Shown one piece after another: positions 1 through 12,306 of a DNA stretch of 64,000 nt. Below the pieces are notes generated by a model. It ran no database searches. It was given only the letters and a program-made list of their open reading frames with translations, and was not told the origin of the DNA. Positions within the stretch are counted from its first letter, which is position 1. Each line of letters opens with the position of its first letter. The stretch comes from Chiloscyllium plagiosum (lineage: Eukaryota), in the NCBI RefSeq assembly GCF_004010195.1, contig NC_057718.1, positions 35,249,777 to 35,313,776 on the forward strand. The letters run 5' to 3'. A program made the translations under genes and the position numbers.

Positions 1-80
1 CCTCAAGTCCAGGCAGCCTCCTGGTAAATCTCCTCTCTAAAGTATCCACATCCTTCCTATAATGAGGCAACCAGAATTTC
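1..80 (-). mobile_element. CR1-like LINE fragment (RT C-terminal region), cut by window edge
   Basis: Resembles the minus-strand CR1 text at ~14020-14110 (tccaggcagcctcctggtaaatct...accagaatt). Confidence 0.5.
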
Positions 81-1767
81 CAAACACAACTTCCCAAGTT
101 CAATTCCTGGCCTGTGTTGAATAAGCTGAACCCTCCCAAGCCTGGGTACCCCATGCAATAAAGGGAGGACATACTCAGCCCATTTTCTCTAACCACTATT
201 AGGTGACCCGAAGTACATCTGTGGATATCATTTGAGGGAAAAGCCAGGTATAGCTACCTTGCTCGAGCTAACACATACCACTTTGACACTCACTCTTGAT
301 CTCTAAAATGAAGCATGATTAAATTAGTGAAGTAATCAGAATGACTGCTGATGTTTGAGGAGTTATTAGAACCACAGAAAGTTACAGCACAAAAATAATT
401 GTACCTCTGAATGAGAATGAATTACACTGGAAACTCCCTCAGTGTATCACCTGCTCCTATCACCATGCATTTATGCTGAAATTCAACATGGCATTGGAGG
501 GGGAGAAACTCCCAGGAAATTCCAAGCAATTATAGTTTCAGGCCAGTAGGGCTGAGAATTGGAGAATATAGCAATATCTTTCCTGGATGTCCAGATGCTA
601 CTTGTGACTTCCTTTCACCATCCATTAGCATTGGAAACTGAAGGTCCTTGAAGATCAGAAGCATGATGTAAAATCTTGTCTAAATTTGTGTGCTACAGCT
701 CAGCTACAAAAGAGGCAGGTGTTCATTTATGAGAATCAAAATACTGCTGATTGTTTTCAATTTCAGTGATTTTATTTGCTGATATTACAAGCAGCTGCAC
801 TCGGTGGTATGGGCTAAGGAGTGAGCTTGAGAGCTACGGGGTGAAGCAGTTTCTGAAACTTGCCGATTTCTGCTGATGCTTGCATATGTGAAAGAACCAG
901 GTTGAGCAACTAGATGGAAATTACAATTGTACCCAGAAATAACCCATACAGGTGAATTAACCTTGCAAATAACAGGAGTTACAGCACAGTTCTGCCAGCA
1001 TACTTAGCCATGGAGTGCTTCGAGGTGTGGATGTGAGCTTTGGATTTATTATAGAGCAAGTTTCCTCAACTTCTGCCATGTTGTGCTGAGGAACAGGCAA
1101 ATATAAGATAGCTGCTTTTGCAATGTCCATCCCTACAAAGGCAGTAGGAGTTGGCTATGGGTGACTCTTTGGCCTACTTCTGCAGCACTGAGCTAGAAAA
1201 TTAGTATTGCAGAGCCGCTGCCAGGTAATTGAGAAAGGAGCAAAAGAAGGGGATATTTTGTGGAAACAAACCTGGTAGTTAAGCATTGCTGCCATTTTTT
1301 AATGAAAAAAAGGCAGTATTGGCTGCCTGTTTAAAATATCAGGCAAAACATCTCCCTGACAGTAATGTCAAGGTAAAAAGTTAATTGCAGCAGTTACTAA
1401 CAACTATTGCCAGAAGGATAGAGGCTGATAGGTTATGTGGGAGTTGCTATGTTTATCTGAGCAGTGTTTGGAATGTGTATTGAAAGCCCTAGAACAAAAT
1501 TAATCTCATCCACTGTATTTCATCTGAAACGTCTTTTTAAATATCCCTTTACAAGTATATGAGATGGAAAATTCCATTCAGTTACCAGCCTCGGGCAAGT
1601 AACTTTCTAGTTTTGATGCTCAAAAACAAACCACTTCATTGGTGAGAAAGTACTCCCCCTCATCACCACACCACACCCCCCTCCCCACCCCAGCCCCATC
1701 TGTGTCTGCTCTTTGGCCTCATGTGATCTGTTCAGGCCTGTTTCTGGTTTTCCTCAACAATTAACAC

Positions 1768-2363
1768 TTTTTTTTTCTTTTGCAAGTTTATTTTATTGCT
1801 TGAAATGATTGGTTTCCAGTAGTTAAAGTTCAGGTTTTGGTTTTTGATGAGTGAGAAGTTAATTTAAACATCTTCAAAATGAAAACAAACATTTAAGCTC
1901 ACTAAACCTCCATAAATGTTTCTGGAGAAATACTTTGTTGTATGCACAGAGGGAGCAAATATTTCTCCTATGATGCTGATGTGTTTTTTTTTCTGCAGTC
2001 CTTCTGCTATACTTTCAAGAAAAGTAGAAATGTCCAGGGTCTTCTTTTTAAGGTTCACTTCACCTCTGGAAATAAGAAGTCTAAAAGTCTGAAAACCTTT
2101 CTTCTTTGTTGAATCCTCCACACATTTTTAACTATGATATCTATGTCACTGAAATCCTCCAGTAAAGTTTGCAGACATAATGGAGATTTTACCAATGCTC
2201 TCCTTTTGTGCTCCTCCAGTGCAAAATGCACTCGATCACACATCCAATAGCCTTGTTCCTTGCAAAGACTTAGACAGTGGTGGTGGGGGGGGGGGGGGGG
2301 GGGGGGTGGGGGGTGGGGGAGGGGGTGTCAGTGGACAGATGAGAACCCAGGTTAACCTTTTTT
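1768..2363 (-). mobile_element. Polyadenylated retroposed fragment (decayed L1/Tx1-like 3' end, or a processed pseudogene)
   Basis: The minus strand ends AATAAAATAAA-cttgc-AAAAGAAAAAAAAAA. It is preceded by two overlapping frameshifted ORFs (2055-2243, 1864-2121) and a CxxLC..H-like segment. Candidate TSD caattaacac (1758-1767) / caactaacac (2364-2373). Confidence 0.5.
2279..2326. repeat. G-rich/poly-G tract
   Basis: Run of ~22 G plus GGGGGT repeats. Confidence 0.9.
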
Positions 2364-3095
2364 CAACTAACACCCACAAACACAGTCGTTCTGATAGAAT
2401 TACAGATTGTGATCAGAAATGGAAACTGTAGCTAGCTATTATCTCCCCCTCTCTAGTTTAAGGATCAAAGTTCAACTGCAGCAATTACAACTCTTCTCCA
2501 TTCTTATAAGGCTTCTATTCAACAAGCATGGCTCCCCCCTTCTTCCAGCACTGCTCATAATGAACATGAAATGCCAAAGAAAACAAAAAGCTGAATGTTA
2601 CTTATTTTTAGCTAAATCCAAGTTGTCAGGTTTTTTGGAAAGTTATTTGCTGTGAGGCTGAGCAGACTTTCTCCCTGTATTTCACCAAACTTGAATAATT
2701 AATTACTGACCATATTCCTGTGGCATCCATATTGTTCACCTGAATGTACTGGTGAGCCTGCCATTCCCATTTCCTTCTCAGTAGCGCATCCTGTTAACTT
2801 CACACACTTCCCCAAGTCCTCATGTGCCTCCAACTACCTACTTTTCCCACCCAGCTCCTGGCAATTTTTAAAATGTGTTTTTGTTGGGATGCGGGTGTTG
2901 CTGACTGGTCAGCATTTATTGTTCATCCTTAGTTGCCCGTGAGAAGGTGGTGGTGAGCTGTCTTCTTGAACCATTATAGTCCGCCTGCTGTGGGTTGACA
3001 CACAATGCCAATAGAGATGAAATTTCAGGATTTAGACCCAGCAACAGTGAAGGAATGGTGATATATTTCCAAGTCAGGATGATGAGTGACTTCAA

Positions 3096-3320
3096 CATAA
3101 AAACATAGAACATAGAACAGTACAGCACAGTACAGGCCCTTCGGCCTTTGATGTGCCAGCCTTTCATCCTTTTCTAAGATCAGGCTACCCTACATACCCT
3201 TCATTGTACTATCTTCCATGTGCCTATCCAATAATCGCCTAAATGTTCCTAATGTAGCTGACACAACAACCACCGCCAACAGAGCATTCCATGCACCCAC
3301 GTCTTTCTGTGTAAAGAAGG
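3096..3320 (-). mobile_element. CR1-like LINE 3' end
   Basis: (aacatag)n tail; minus translation FFTQKDVGAWNAL..TFRRLLDRHM. Confidence 0.75.
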
Positions 3321-4097
3321 GAACGTGAAGATGGTGGTGTTCCCATGTATCTGCTGCCCATGTCCTTTTAGATGGAAGTGATCGTGGGTTTGGAAGGTGC
3401 TGTCTGAGGACATTTGGTGAATTTCTGCAGCGTATGTTGTAGATAGTACACACTGCTGTGACTGAGCACCGGTGGTGGAGGGAATGGATGCTTGTGGATG
3501 TTGTGCCAATCAAGTGGTCTGCTTTGTCCTGGATGGTGTCAAGCTTTTTGAGTGTTTTTGGAGCTGGAACCATTCAGGAAATTAGAAATTATTCCATCAC
3601 ATTCCTGACTTGTGCCTTGGAGTTAATGGACAGGCTTTGGAGAGTCAGGAGGTGAGTTACTCCATGCAATATTCAAAGTCTCTGACCTGCTCTTGTAGCT
3701 ATTGTGTTTATGTGGTGAGACCAGTTGAGTTTCTGGTCAATGGTAAGCCCAAGGATGTTGATAGTGGGGGATTCAGTGATGGTAACACTACAGAATGTCA
3801 AGGGCAGTGGTTAGATTGTCTGTTATTAGTGATGGTCATAGCCTGGCATTTGTGTGGTGCATGTTACTTGCCACTTGCCAGCCCAAGCCTGGATATTGTT
3901 TAAATCTTGTTGCTTTTGAACACAGACTGCTTCAGTGTCTGAGGAGTTGCGAATGGTGATGAACTTTGTGCAATCATCAGCAAATGTCCCCCCTTCTGAC
4001 TTTATGATGGAGGAAAGGTCACTGAGGGAGCAGCTTCTGGATTAATGGTGCTGGAAGAGCACAGCAGTTCAGGCAGCATCCAACGAGCAGCAAAATC

Positions 4098-4125
4098 AAC
4101 GTTTCGGGCAAAAGCCCTTCATCAG
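4098..4125 (-). ncRNA. Minimal hammerhead-ribozyme motif in PLE pLTR
   Basis: Minus strand CTGATGA-A-GGGC-TTTT-GCCC-GAA-ACGT-T. Confidence 0.75.
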
Positions 4126-5405
4126 GAATAAAGGCAGAGAGCCTGAAGAGTGGAGAGATAAGCTAGAGGAGGGTGGGGTGGGGAGAAAGTAGCATAGAGT
4201 ACAATAGGTGAGTGGGGGAGGGGATGAAGGTGATAGGTCAGGGAGGAGAGGGTGGAGTGGATATGTGGAAAAGGAGATAGGCAGGTAGGACAAGTCCGGA
4301 CAAGTCATGGGGACAGTGCTGAGCTGGAACTTTGGAACTATGATGTGGTGGGTGAAGGGGAAATGAGGAAGCTGTTGAAGTCCACATTGATGCCCTGGGG
4401 TTGAAGTGTTCTGATGCGGAAGATGAGGCATTCTTCCTCCAGGTGTCTGGTGGTGAGGGAGCGACGGTGAAGGAGGCCCAGGACCTCCATGTCCTCGGCA
4501 GAGTGGGAGGGGGAGTTGAAATGTTGGGCCACGGGGCAGTGTGGTTGATTGGTGTGGGTGTCCCGGAGATGTTCCCTAAAGCGCTCTGCTAGGAGGCGCC
4601 CAGTCTCCCTGATGTACAGGAGACCACATTGGGAGCAACGGATACAATAAATGATATTAGTGGATGTGCAAGTAAAACTTTGATGGATGTGGAAGGCTCC
4701 TTTAGGGCCTTGGATATAGGTGAGGGAGGAAGTGTGGGCACAGGTTTTACAATTCCTGCGGTGGCAGGGGAAGGTGCCAGGATGGGAGGGTGCCCACACC
4801 TCCTCCCTCACCTCTATCCAAGGCCCTAAAGGAGCCTCCCACATCCATCAAAGTTTTACCTGCACATCCACTAATATAATTTATTGTATCCGTTGCTCCC
4901 GATGAGGTCTCCTCTACATTGGGGAGACTGGGCGCCTCCAAGCAGAGCGCTTTAGGGAACATCTCCGGAACACCCACACCAATCAACCACACCGCCCCGT
5001 GGCCCAACATTTCAACTCCCCCTCCCACTCTGCCGAGGACATGGAGGTCCTGGGCCTCTTTCACCGCCGCTCCCTTACCACCAGACGCCTGGAGGAAGAA
5101 TGCCTCATCTTCCGCATCAGAACACTTCAACCCCAGGGCATCAATGTGGACTTCAACAGCTTCCTCATTTCCCCTTCACCCACCTCACCCTAGTTCCAAA
5201 CTTCCAGCTCAGCACTGTCCCGATGACTTGTCCGGATTTGTCCTACCTGCCTATCTCCTTTTCCACATATCCACTCCACCCTCTCCTCCCTGACCTATCA
5301 CCTTCATCCCCTCCCTCACTCACCTATTGTACTCTATGCTACTTTCTCCCCACCCCACCCTCCCCTAGCTTATCTCTCCACGCTTCAGGCTCTCTGCCTT
5401 TATTC

Positions 5406-5433
5406 CTGATGAAGGACTTTTGCCCGAAACATC
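5406..5433 (+). ncRNA. Hammerhead motif, mutated copy
   Basis: CTGATGA-A-GGAC-TTTT-GCCC-GAA-ACAT-C; stem II and the ACGT palindrome each carry one change. Confidence 0.6.
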
Positions 5434-6094
5434 GATTTTGCTGCTCGTTGGATGCTGCCTGAACTGCTGTGCTCTTCCAGCACCACTAATCCAGAATCTG
5501 GTTTACAGCATGTGCAGTCATTGTTTTTACCTCATTGAGGAAGCAGCTGAAGATGGTCGGCATAGGACACTGTCCTGAGGAACTTCTGCAGAGATATCCT
5601 GAACCTGAGATAACTGACCTCCAATGACACAACCATCTTCAAATGTGTCAGCTATAACTCCAACCAATGGAGAATGTATCCCCAATACCTATTGATTCCA
5701 GTTTTGCTAGGGCTCCTTGATGCACACATTGGTGAATGCTGCCTTGATGTCAAGGGTTGTCACTCTCACTTCACAGCCCTTGACATTCATGCTGTATTTG
5801 ACCAAATGTGGCATCAAGGAGCCGTAGGAAAACTGAAATCAATAGGTATCAAGGAGAACTGAGGTGACCACGCCTAATGTGGTCATGCACTGTCACTCCT
5901 CTTGAAGCCAGTGTGCTCTTGACCATGATGAATCACCTTCTCACATTACACCCCTCTCAGGCCAGTTTTACCATGTTCTCTGCCCCCTTCACAATCATAC
6001 TACACCCTTCCCCAGAGTTTGAAGACCCAATTGTTAGACAGTGACTATCTAACAGACAGTCCCTCTCCACCCCCTTCCCAATCGCTGCCATGTT

Positions 6095-6300
6095 TAGAGT
6101 CAGAGAGTCACAGAGATGTACAGCACTGAAACAGACCCTTCGGTCTAACCCATCCATGCCAACCAGATATCCTAACCTGATCTAGTCCCATTTGCCAGGA
6201 TTTGGCACATATCCCTCTAAACCCTTCCAATCATATACTCATCCAGATGCCTTTCAAATGCTAAAATTGCACCAGCCTCCACCACTTCCTCTGGCAGCCC
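6095..6300 (-). mobile_element. CR1/HER1-like LINE 3' end
   Basis: Same tail as 13577 and 38462 (gagtcacagagatgtacagcactgaaacagacccttcggtc...). Confidence 0.85.
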
Positions 6301-6509
6301 ATGGATCATGCCCTGAGCTGCGGTTTAATCGTAGGCAACATGGAGGTCATTCAGAGCAAGCAGCAAGCTGAATCTGACAAGTACCCACTCTGGTTTCTTT
6401 TCCCAATATCAAGATTATTTCGTGAGTTTGGTAAGATGATACGATTAATATTAATGCGATGATTTGGGTTATTAACAAGTCATTTAGCAAGAAATAATCA
6501 TGCCAATGC

Positions 6510-6845
6510 ATTCATAGAATCCCTCCAGTATAGAAACAGGCTTTTTGGCCCAACAAGTCGGCACCGATGCTCTGAAGCGTAAGCCACCTATTCCCCTACT
6601 ATTTTACATTTCCCCTGACTATTGCACCTAACCTACACATCCCAGAACACTATGGGCAATTTAGCATGGCCAATTCACCTAATCTGCACATCTTTGGATT
6701 GTGGGAGGAAACCGGAATACCTGGAGAAAACCCACGTGGAGAATGTGCAAACTCCACACAGAGTGTCGCCCAAGGCTGGAATCAAATCCAGGTCTCTGTC
6801 ACTGTGAGACAGCAGTGCTAGCCACTGAGCAAATGAGCTGCCCCA
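6510..6845 (-). mobile_element. HE1-type tRNA-derived SINE
   Basis: Head revcomp tggctagcactgctgtctcacag; body gggcaatttagcatggccaattcacctaatctgcacatctttgg. Confidence 0.85.
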
Positions 6846-7312
6846 ATTGACCGCTGCCTAACAAGAATCTTGCCATGCCACTTATGGAAAGCATAAGAGA
6901 TGGAATGAGTTTACTCCAAATGTCAAGATGGGCTTCACCACACTTGTCATATAATTCTACCACACATCTCTCCATAGCCCATAATGCTCAGACCCTTATT
7001 AACTTCAGCCCATAAAATCAATGTCTGTGGTTTAATTTACCAGTGTTATGCTTAATGCCTGCAGACAATAATGTAAATGATGTTTTCTACAATGTGCTCA
7101 CTGTGCTACTCACCATCCTGACTTGGAAATACATTATATTCTTTCAGTAGCGTTGGGTGGAAATACTGAACTTCCTCTCTCATGGCTTTGTGGAGGCACA
7201 AATGACTGTAGGAGCTCAAGAAGGGATCTTATCACCACCTTCTCAAGGACAAATAGAGATGGCCAATAAATATGGAGACAGCAGCACCCATGGATGATAA
7301 ACAAAAAAACAC

Positions 7313-7838
7313 CTCAGGAAGGACATACTGACACTGGAGCATGTCCAACCGAGATTCACACAGATGATCCCTGGAATGGTAGGCTTAACATACGATGAAC
7401 ATCTGAGGATCTTGGGATTGTATTCATTACAGTTTAGAAAGTTAAGGGGAGATCTAATAGAAACTTACAATATAATGTATGGCTTAGAAAGGGTGGATGC
7501 TGGGAATTTGTCTCCTTTAGGCGGGAATACTAGGACCCGTGCGTACAACCTTAGAATTAGAGGGGGTCGATTTAGAACAGTAATGAGGAGACATTTCTTC
7601 AGCCAGAGAATGGTGAGCCTATGGAATTCATTGCCATGGAGCGCAGTGGAGGCCAAGATGTTAAATGTCTTCAAGGCAGAGATTGATAAATTCTTGATCT
7701 CGCAAGGAATTAAGGGCTATGGGGAAAGTACGAGTAAGTGGCATTGAAATGCCCATCAGCCATGACTGAATAGCAGAGTGGACTCGATGGGCCAAATGGC
7801 CTTACTTCCACTCCTATGTTTTATGGTCTTATGGTCTA
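7313..7838 (+). mobile_element. CR1 LINE RT C-terminus and 3' tail
   Basis: ORF 7364-7747 MIPGMVGLTYDEHLRILGLYSLQFRKLRGDLIETYNIM..FFSQRMVSLWNSLP..FKAEIDKFL; (tatggtct)n tail. Confidence 0.9.
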
Positions 7839-8099
7839 AGGGGAAACATTTCATGTCACTGCAAGGCCTCACACAAAGTGAATGATTTGTTAGAAAAGAT
7901 CAAGGGAACTGTTACAATTTTTGAACTGCTGCAATTCATTGTAGATTATTGCTGTGCATATCCTATCCACCTGAAAAATACCCACAGCCGCCCTTCAGAA
8001 ATAATTAATTATAGGCAAGGCCCTTTGGGTCAAAATAAGGATGTAAAAGTCCCTATACAAATGGAAACTTCTCTTTTTGTTTACAATGTTTAATATTTT

Positions 8100-8385
8100 A
8101 CATTCCTTCATGGGATGCAAGTATCACTGGTTGGGTCAGCTTCTACTACCTCTCCCTAGTTGCCCTTAAGTGTCAGTGACATTGAGGGCAGATGAGGAAA
8201 GGTGACAGATTTCCTTTCCAAGAGGACATTAGTGAACCAGATGGGTTTTTCTAACAATTGCCAATAGTTTCATTGTCATCATTATTCTCTGAATTCCTGA
8301 TTTTCATTGAATTCAAATTCCACCATCTGCCATGGTGAGAATCAAATTCAGGTCCCCAGGACATTAATTGGGTCTCTAGATTAAT
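8100..8385 (-). mobile_element. tRNA-derived SINE, second family (same as 17500-17843)
   Basis: Reverse-complement similarity: gacattagtgaaccagatgggtttt, ttgaattcaaattccaccatctgccatggtg. Confidence 0.7.
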
Positions 8386-8959
8386 AGCTTTGTCCTGGCC
8401 TCAATAGAAAAAGGTCAAGGCAGGATTCGTAGTACTGATTGCAATCCAGCAATGTCTGCTGGACAACATCTTGCCCTATAGAAAGCTTAGGGTAGGATTC
8501 ACTCCTAATCCATCCCTTTTGGTGAGCTGAGAATCTACCTTGGCAGTACTTTCCCAGTTTGGGGTAGGTGGCAGCAAACGATGATTTGGCGATATGTGCT
8601 ATTTCTCCATTTTACATGTCTCAGCGTTCCCACTGATATAGCACAGTGTTATAATGTGTCAGCTCTGGCTCAGTTTGTAGCATACTCATTTATGAGTCAA
8701 GTGCTTTACAACGTCTGAAGTGTCATCAACTGTTGGTAATGTTGGAAATACAGCAGTCGATATTGTGAATATTGCAAAGTTCCTCAAGCAGCAATAGGAG
8801 ATTGACTGTGAATCTGCTAATCCATTAGATTAATTGGCTGTCTGCTTTAGATTGATGGGTAGCCAAGGTGCTGCTGTTCCCATTTTTGAAATTAATCCTG
8901 TGTTTTAGAAAGATGTTGAGAATGCAACCCAACATCACCTAAGAGCTGGTAAAAATCTG

Positions 8960-9530
8960 GACACAAGCTCAAAATCAAGACCGGCACATCCTTACAGTTC
9001 TGAGGGAGTGTTTTAATATCTGAGGTACCCCTGTTCTGATATGATATTAAACCAAGGCTCCAGCTGGCTTCCAGTTGGAAACTAAAAGTTTACCTCAACT
9101 CTAAAGTTTTCTCCATTGTTCTAGCCAACATTTATATCTCAGCCAACATCATTAAAACCGATTAACTGGTCGTTATTATAGTGGTTGTATTGAAGTCAGG
9201 CAGGTGGAATTCATAGAATTTGAGTTCCCTGACTGGGGCTGGTAATCTGGTCCAACCAGGGAATCCGGGCTGACAGATATAAACTGGAGTGCAAGAGGTT
9301 CCATTCACTCTGAGAGCTGAGGAAGCAGGGCCAGTGTCAAGATCTCTCCATGTGCAAATAAAAGTGATTTGGTGATGGGATCCCAGCTTCTGTGGAGTTA
9401 TTTCAATTATCATATTATTATTTGTGGGCCTTTATGGTAAATTGACTGCCACATTTCCCACACCGCTGCTCATAGTACCTTTTTGGCCTGAGGTTGTGAA
9501 AAGTTTTATATAAACCCAAGCCTTTCTTTC
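8960..9530 (+). mobile_element. Old Deu-domain SINE (SacSINE1/AmnSINE-like), split by a solo LTR
   Basis: ctgagggagtg..attaaaccaaggc..ctagccaacatttatatctcagccaacatc..aaattgactgcc..ttgtgaaaag..tataaa..ctttcttt. Confidence 0.6.
9177..9405 (+). mobile_element. Solo LTR
   Basis: Paralog of 15286-15499. Has a TATA-like gatataaa and an AATAAA, and ends ...tttCA. 5-bp TSD gttat/attat. Confidence 0.75.
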
Positions 9531-10110
9531 TTATATATATATGAGTGAGTGTGTTGGAAGAATGTGCAACTGAAGGCTGTCCGGCATATTTCCCCCTCCT
9601 TGAGACATAGCAATGCTGAGTCCAGGTTTGATTGGTAAGGTGAAATTCATTGCTTTATTTAATGGGCAGGAGGCCCAGCCTCTCAATCATAGATAAACTC
9701 AAAGGATTTCTGTATGAAATGAAGGAGGGAGCTGTGGCCTGTTGCTATTAAACAACACCCTCAGAAGAAGCAAGGTTGTCTGCAAATGATTACTGACCCT
9801 GAGGGCAGAAGATCATCACATACCACTTTGGGCAGGAGTTCTGATGCCCATTTAATTGCATTCTGAAAAAGAAGTTACAGCCTCCAACAGAGGTGGTGGG
9901 AAAAAAACAAATTTATTAACTAAATTGTTGCTGACAGTTCGGGCTGGACTTACCGTGCTCTATGGCGATGTATTTGTAGGGTGAGGGCTTGGAAGACCAA
10001 GAAACTTCATCGGGACAGGTCCCCTCTCTGATCCAGTCTCTGGCCAACATTTCTAAGGGTGAGCTGCCATGAGATTCACTGCCTGTTCACAGAGGTTGGG
10101 GGTAGGGTGT

Positions 10111-10138
10111 GGGGGGGGGGGGGGGGGGGGGGGGGGGG
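10111..10138. repeat. Poly-G tract
   Basis: 28 consecutive G. Confidence 0.95.
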
Positions 10139-10329
10139 TGCAATGATGGCAATTATGGCCACTGTCATTAAGATTGATTGATTAAAATGGATTAAATTGT
10201 TTTCATAATAGAAGATGAAGACTGTGGTGGTAGGGCTTAGGGGAATCTTTTATCCAATCTCTGGTCTTACTCTGGGCCTGTTGGATGCTGCAAGTTTAGA
10301 GGAGTTGGCACTCAAAGCGTACTGAACTG

Positions 10330-10745
10330 AATTTCAAATGGTCTGATCAGCAGCAGTGTCTTGCCAAGAAAGATCATATGCACTGCAAATATTTGTGGGT
10401 CTCATTCATTTTTCAAGGCGTCCTTGTATCATTTGTACAGAGCACTTCAATGTTGTTTGCACTGAATTGTCTGTGCTTCGCAACCAGTAGCCATCCATGC
10501 GAGAAACTTGGCTTACTTATTTCAGTTGAATGTTCAGGATGGTTATTTCCATACTGTTGAATCCAGTATAATATAGGGCCTCTTTGTTTGTAATCTTCTC
10601 CTACTTTTTGATAGACTTCAGGTGCCTTTGGTGGAAGCATTCCAGAGCTTTATTAATCATCTGTAACAGATGATTTACATCAGAGTGATTCCCATAACCC
10701 AACAATCGCTCTTCAAGTTTCCAATCCAGAATTTACCTGACCATC
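10330..10745 (-). mobile_element. Decayed RTE-clade LINE (RT C-terminal region)
   Basis: Minus frame LIKALECFHQRHLKSIKK*EKITNKEAL..QLK*VSQVSRMDGY matches the RTE motif LExFHQRxLR..ITNxEVL..QLRWxGHVxRM. Confidence 0.65.
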
Positions 10746-11991
10746 CAAGCAGCAAATCTCAGCCCTTAGAAGGAGTCCCCATGTAGTCACTCAATTCTTG
10801 TCTAAATCAGCTCTTATCTTAAGAATAGGAGCTACCTTTATTGTGATCCCACGTTTCCGACATCTTTCTCTGCCTATTGAGAATGAATTGAAATAGGTTA
10901 AGTTGAACATCTTCATTAGTTTTGAGCTCCACCATAAGGAGCTATTTTTGAGCAAAATTGTCACATTACCATAAGCCATTCAGAGTTCAGTAATGTTTGT
11001 ACAATGAAGTCATCATTCAAATTTTCATCTTTTAAATGGTACAATGAGCATCATCACATCCTTTTTCTTCCATAATTTTTTAATTGTGCTATAATTGGAT
11101 AAAAAGCTACAAAGCCTGACCCTGTCTGGTACTTGCCAATATCAAAATGGGATTGTGTGTTATTTCATAAGAGTTTCTCAGAACATTTCTCCCAACAACA
11201 CATTTTATAGCTTTCTAAATTAACTGGACAGAAATATGTGGCATTTAATCCCCTGTGAGTTACATTCAGACTCTGTGAAGCCCATCATCTGTTACCTATC
11301 AGACACAAAGACACAGGATGCCTCCTGTATATAGTAACCAACCCACAACTCGATAAGTAGGTATAGCATTCCAATCACTTCCGCTGTGAGCTGATTTCAG
11401 ATAAAAGTGGAACAAATGTGCACTTAACCAGCTTCGTGAAGGCAAAGCTACACAGGAAATAATAGACAAAAGACCTGCAGCACAACACCTACCAAAATGT
11501 AAGTTCTTTGCTAATTGCAAAAAGAACCTTGTTTATATTGGATAACCGTGGTATCAGCATTTGTATTGTCCACACAAATGGTCCTTGACAACTTTAGTAT
11601 TGACACATGATGCTATTGAATCTCAGCTATTTGCATCTCCTTGCGATTGAATGGGTTTTCCCTCAGACTCATTCTATGGAATTTCATCTTGCAACCACCA
11701 GATCTGTGAGGTCGTCATGTGCTAATTTATTTAGGTATCTGGACCAGAGCAGCTGTTAAATCTACAGGAGTGATCTGTTGCATTCTTAATACCTGCTCAA
11801 TGTAATTCCACAAAAAGTAATTTGTATTTTAATGTTTGAACCAGACAAGCAGGATAACTTTCAAGCTTGAATAATTTCATGTATATTTGACATGCACAAA
11901 AGTGAAAGTAGTCATCTAACCCCTGATGCCACCATGTTTCAAGGTCAATTGCCCATTTATTGCTCTTTTTCAACACAATACAATCCACCTT

Positions 11992-12306
11992 TAGATTAGA
12001 TGACATTACAGTGTGGAAACAGGCCCTTCGGCCCAACAAGTCCACACCGACCCGCCGAAGCGAAACCCACCCACACCCCTACATTTACCCCATTACCTAA
12101 CACTACAGGCAATTTAGTGTGGCCAATTCACCTGACCCTGCACATCTTTGGACTGTGGGAGGAAACCGGAGCACCCGGAGGAAACCCACGCAGACACGGG
12201 GAGAACGTGCAAACTCCACACAGTCAGTCACCTGAGGCGGGAATTGAACCCGGGTCTCTGGCGCTGTGAGGCAGCAGTGCTAACCACTGTGCCACTGTAC
12301 CGCCCA
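11992..12306 (-). mobile_element. HE1-type SINE, well-preserved copy
   Basis: Head gggcggtacagtggcacagtggttagcactgctgcctcacagcgccagagacccgggttcaattccc (A/B boxes); (tctaa)n tail. Confidence 0.92.

Larger units (their letters stand above)
4036..5531. mobile_element. Penelope-like element (PLE), fold-back insertion: two GIY-YIG endonuclease + pLTR arms in inverted orientation
   Basis: GIY-YIG peptide CHRRNCKTC..FTCTSTNIIYCIRCSQCGLLYIRETGRLLAERFREH..VAQHFNSPSH on minus (4338-4790) and again on plus (4791-5193). Arms 4036-4740 and 4791-5495. TSD tcactgagggagcagct (4019-4035) / tcattgaggaagcagct (5532-5548). Confidence 0.92.
2880..5860 (-). mobile_element. L2/Crack-like non-LTR retrotransposon (RT C-term + 3' tail), interrupted by a CR1 tail (3096-3320) and a PLE (4036-5531)
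   Basis: ORF 3190-3573 reads LKKLDTIQDKA..SIHSLHHRCSV. The sequence resumes across both insertions. 5774-5860 is a short plus-strand RT piece (ALDIHAVFDQMWHQG), i.e. a 5' inversion. Confidence 0.7.

Noticed and set aside
10111..10138. Poly-G tracts (also 2279-2326) as functional G-quadruplex elements
   Set aside because: Homopolymer length is unreliable and there is no supporting context.
10413..10640. ORF MLPPKAPEVYQK.. and its match at ~45990-46015 as paralogous host exons
   Set aside because: An alternative frame gives the RTE LINE motif LECFHQR in both places.
12230..12306. tRNA-like A/B boxes in SINE heads as tRNA genes
   Set aside because: They run directly into SINE bodies and tails and form no complete cloverleaf.
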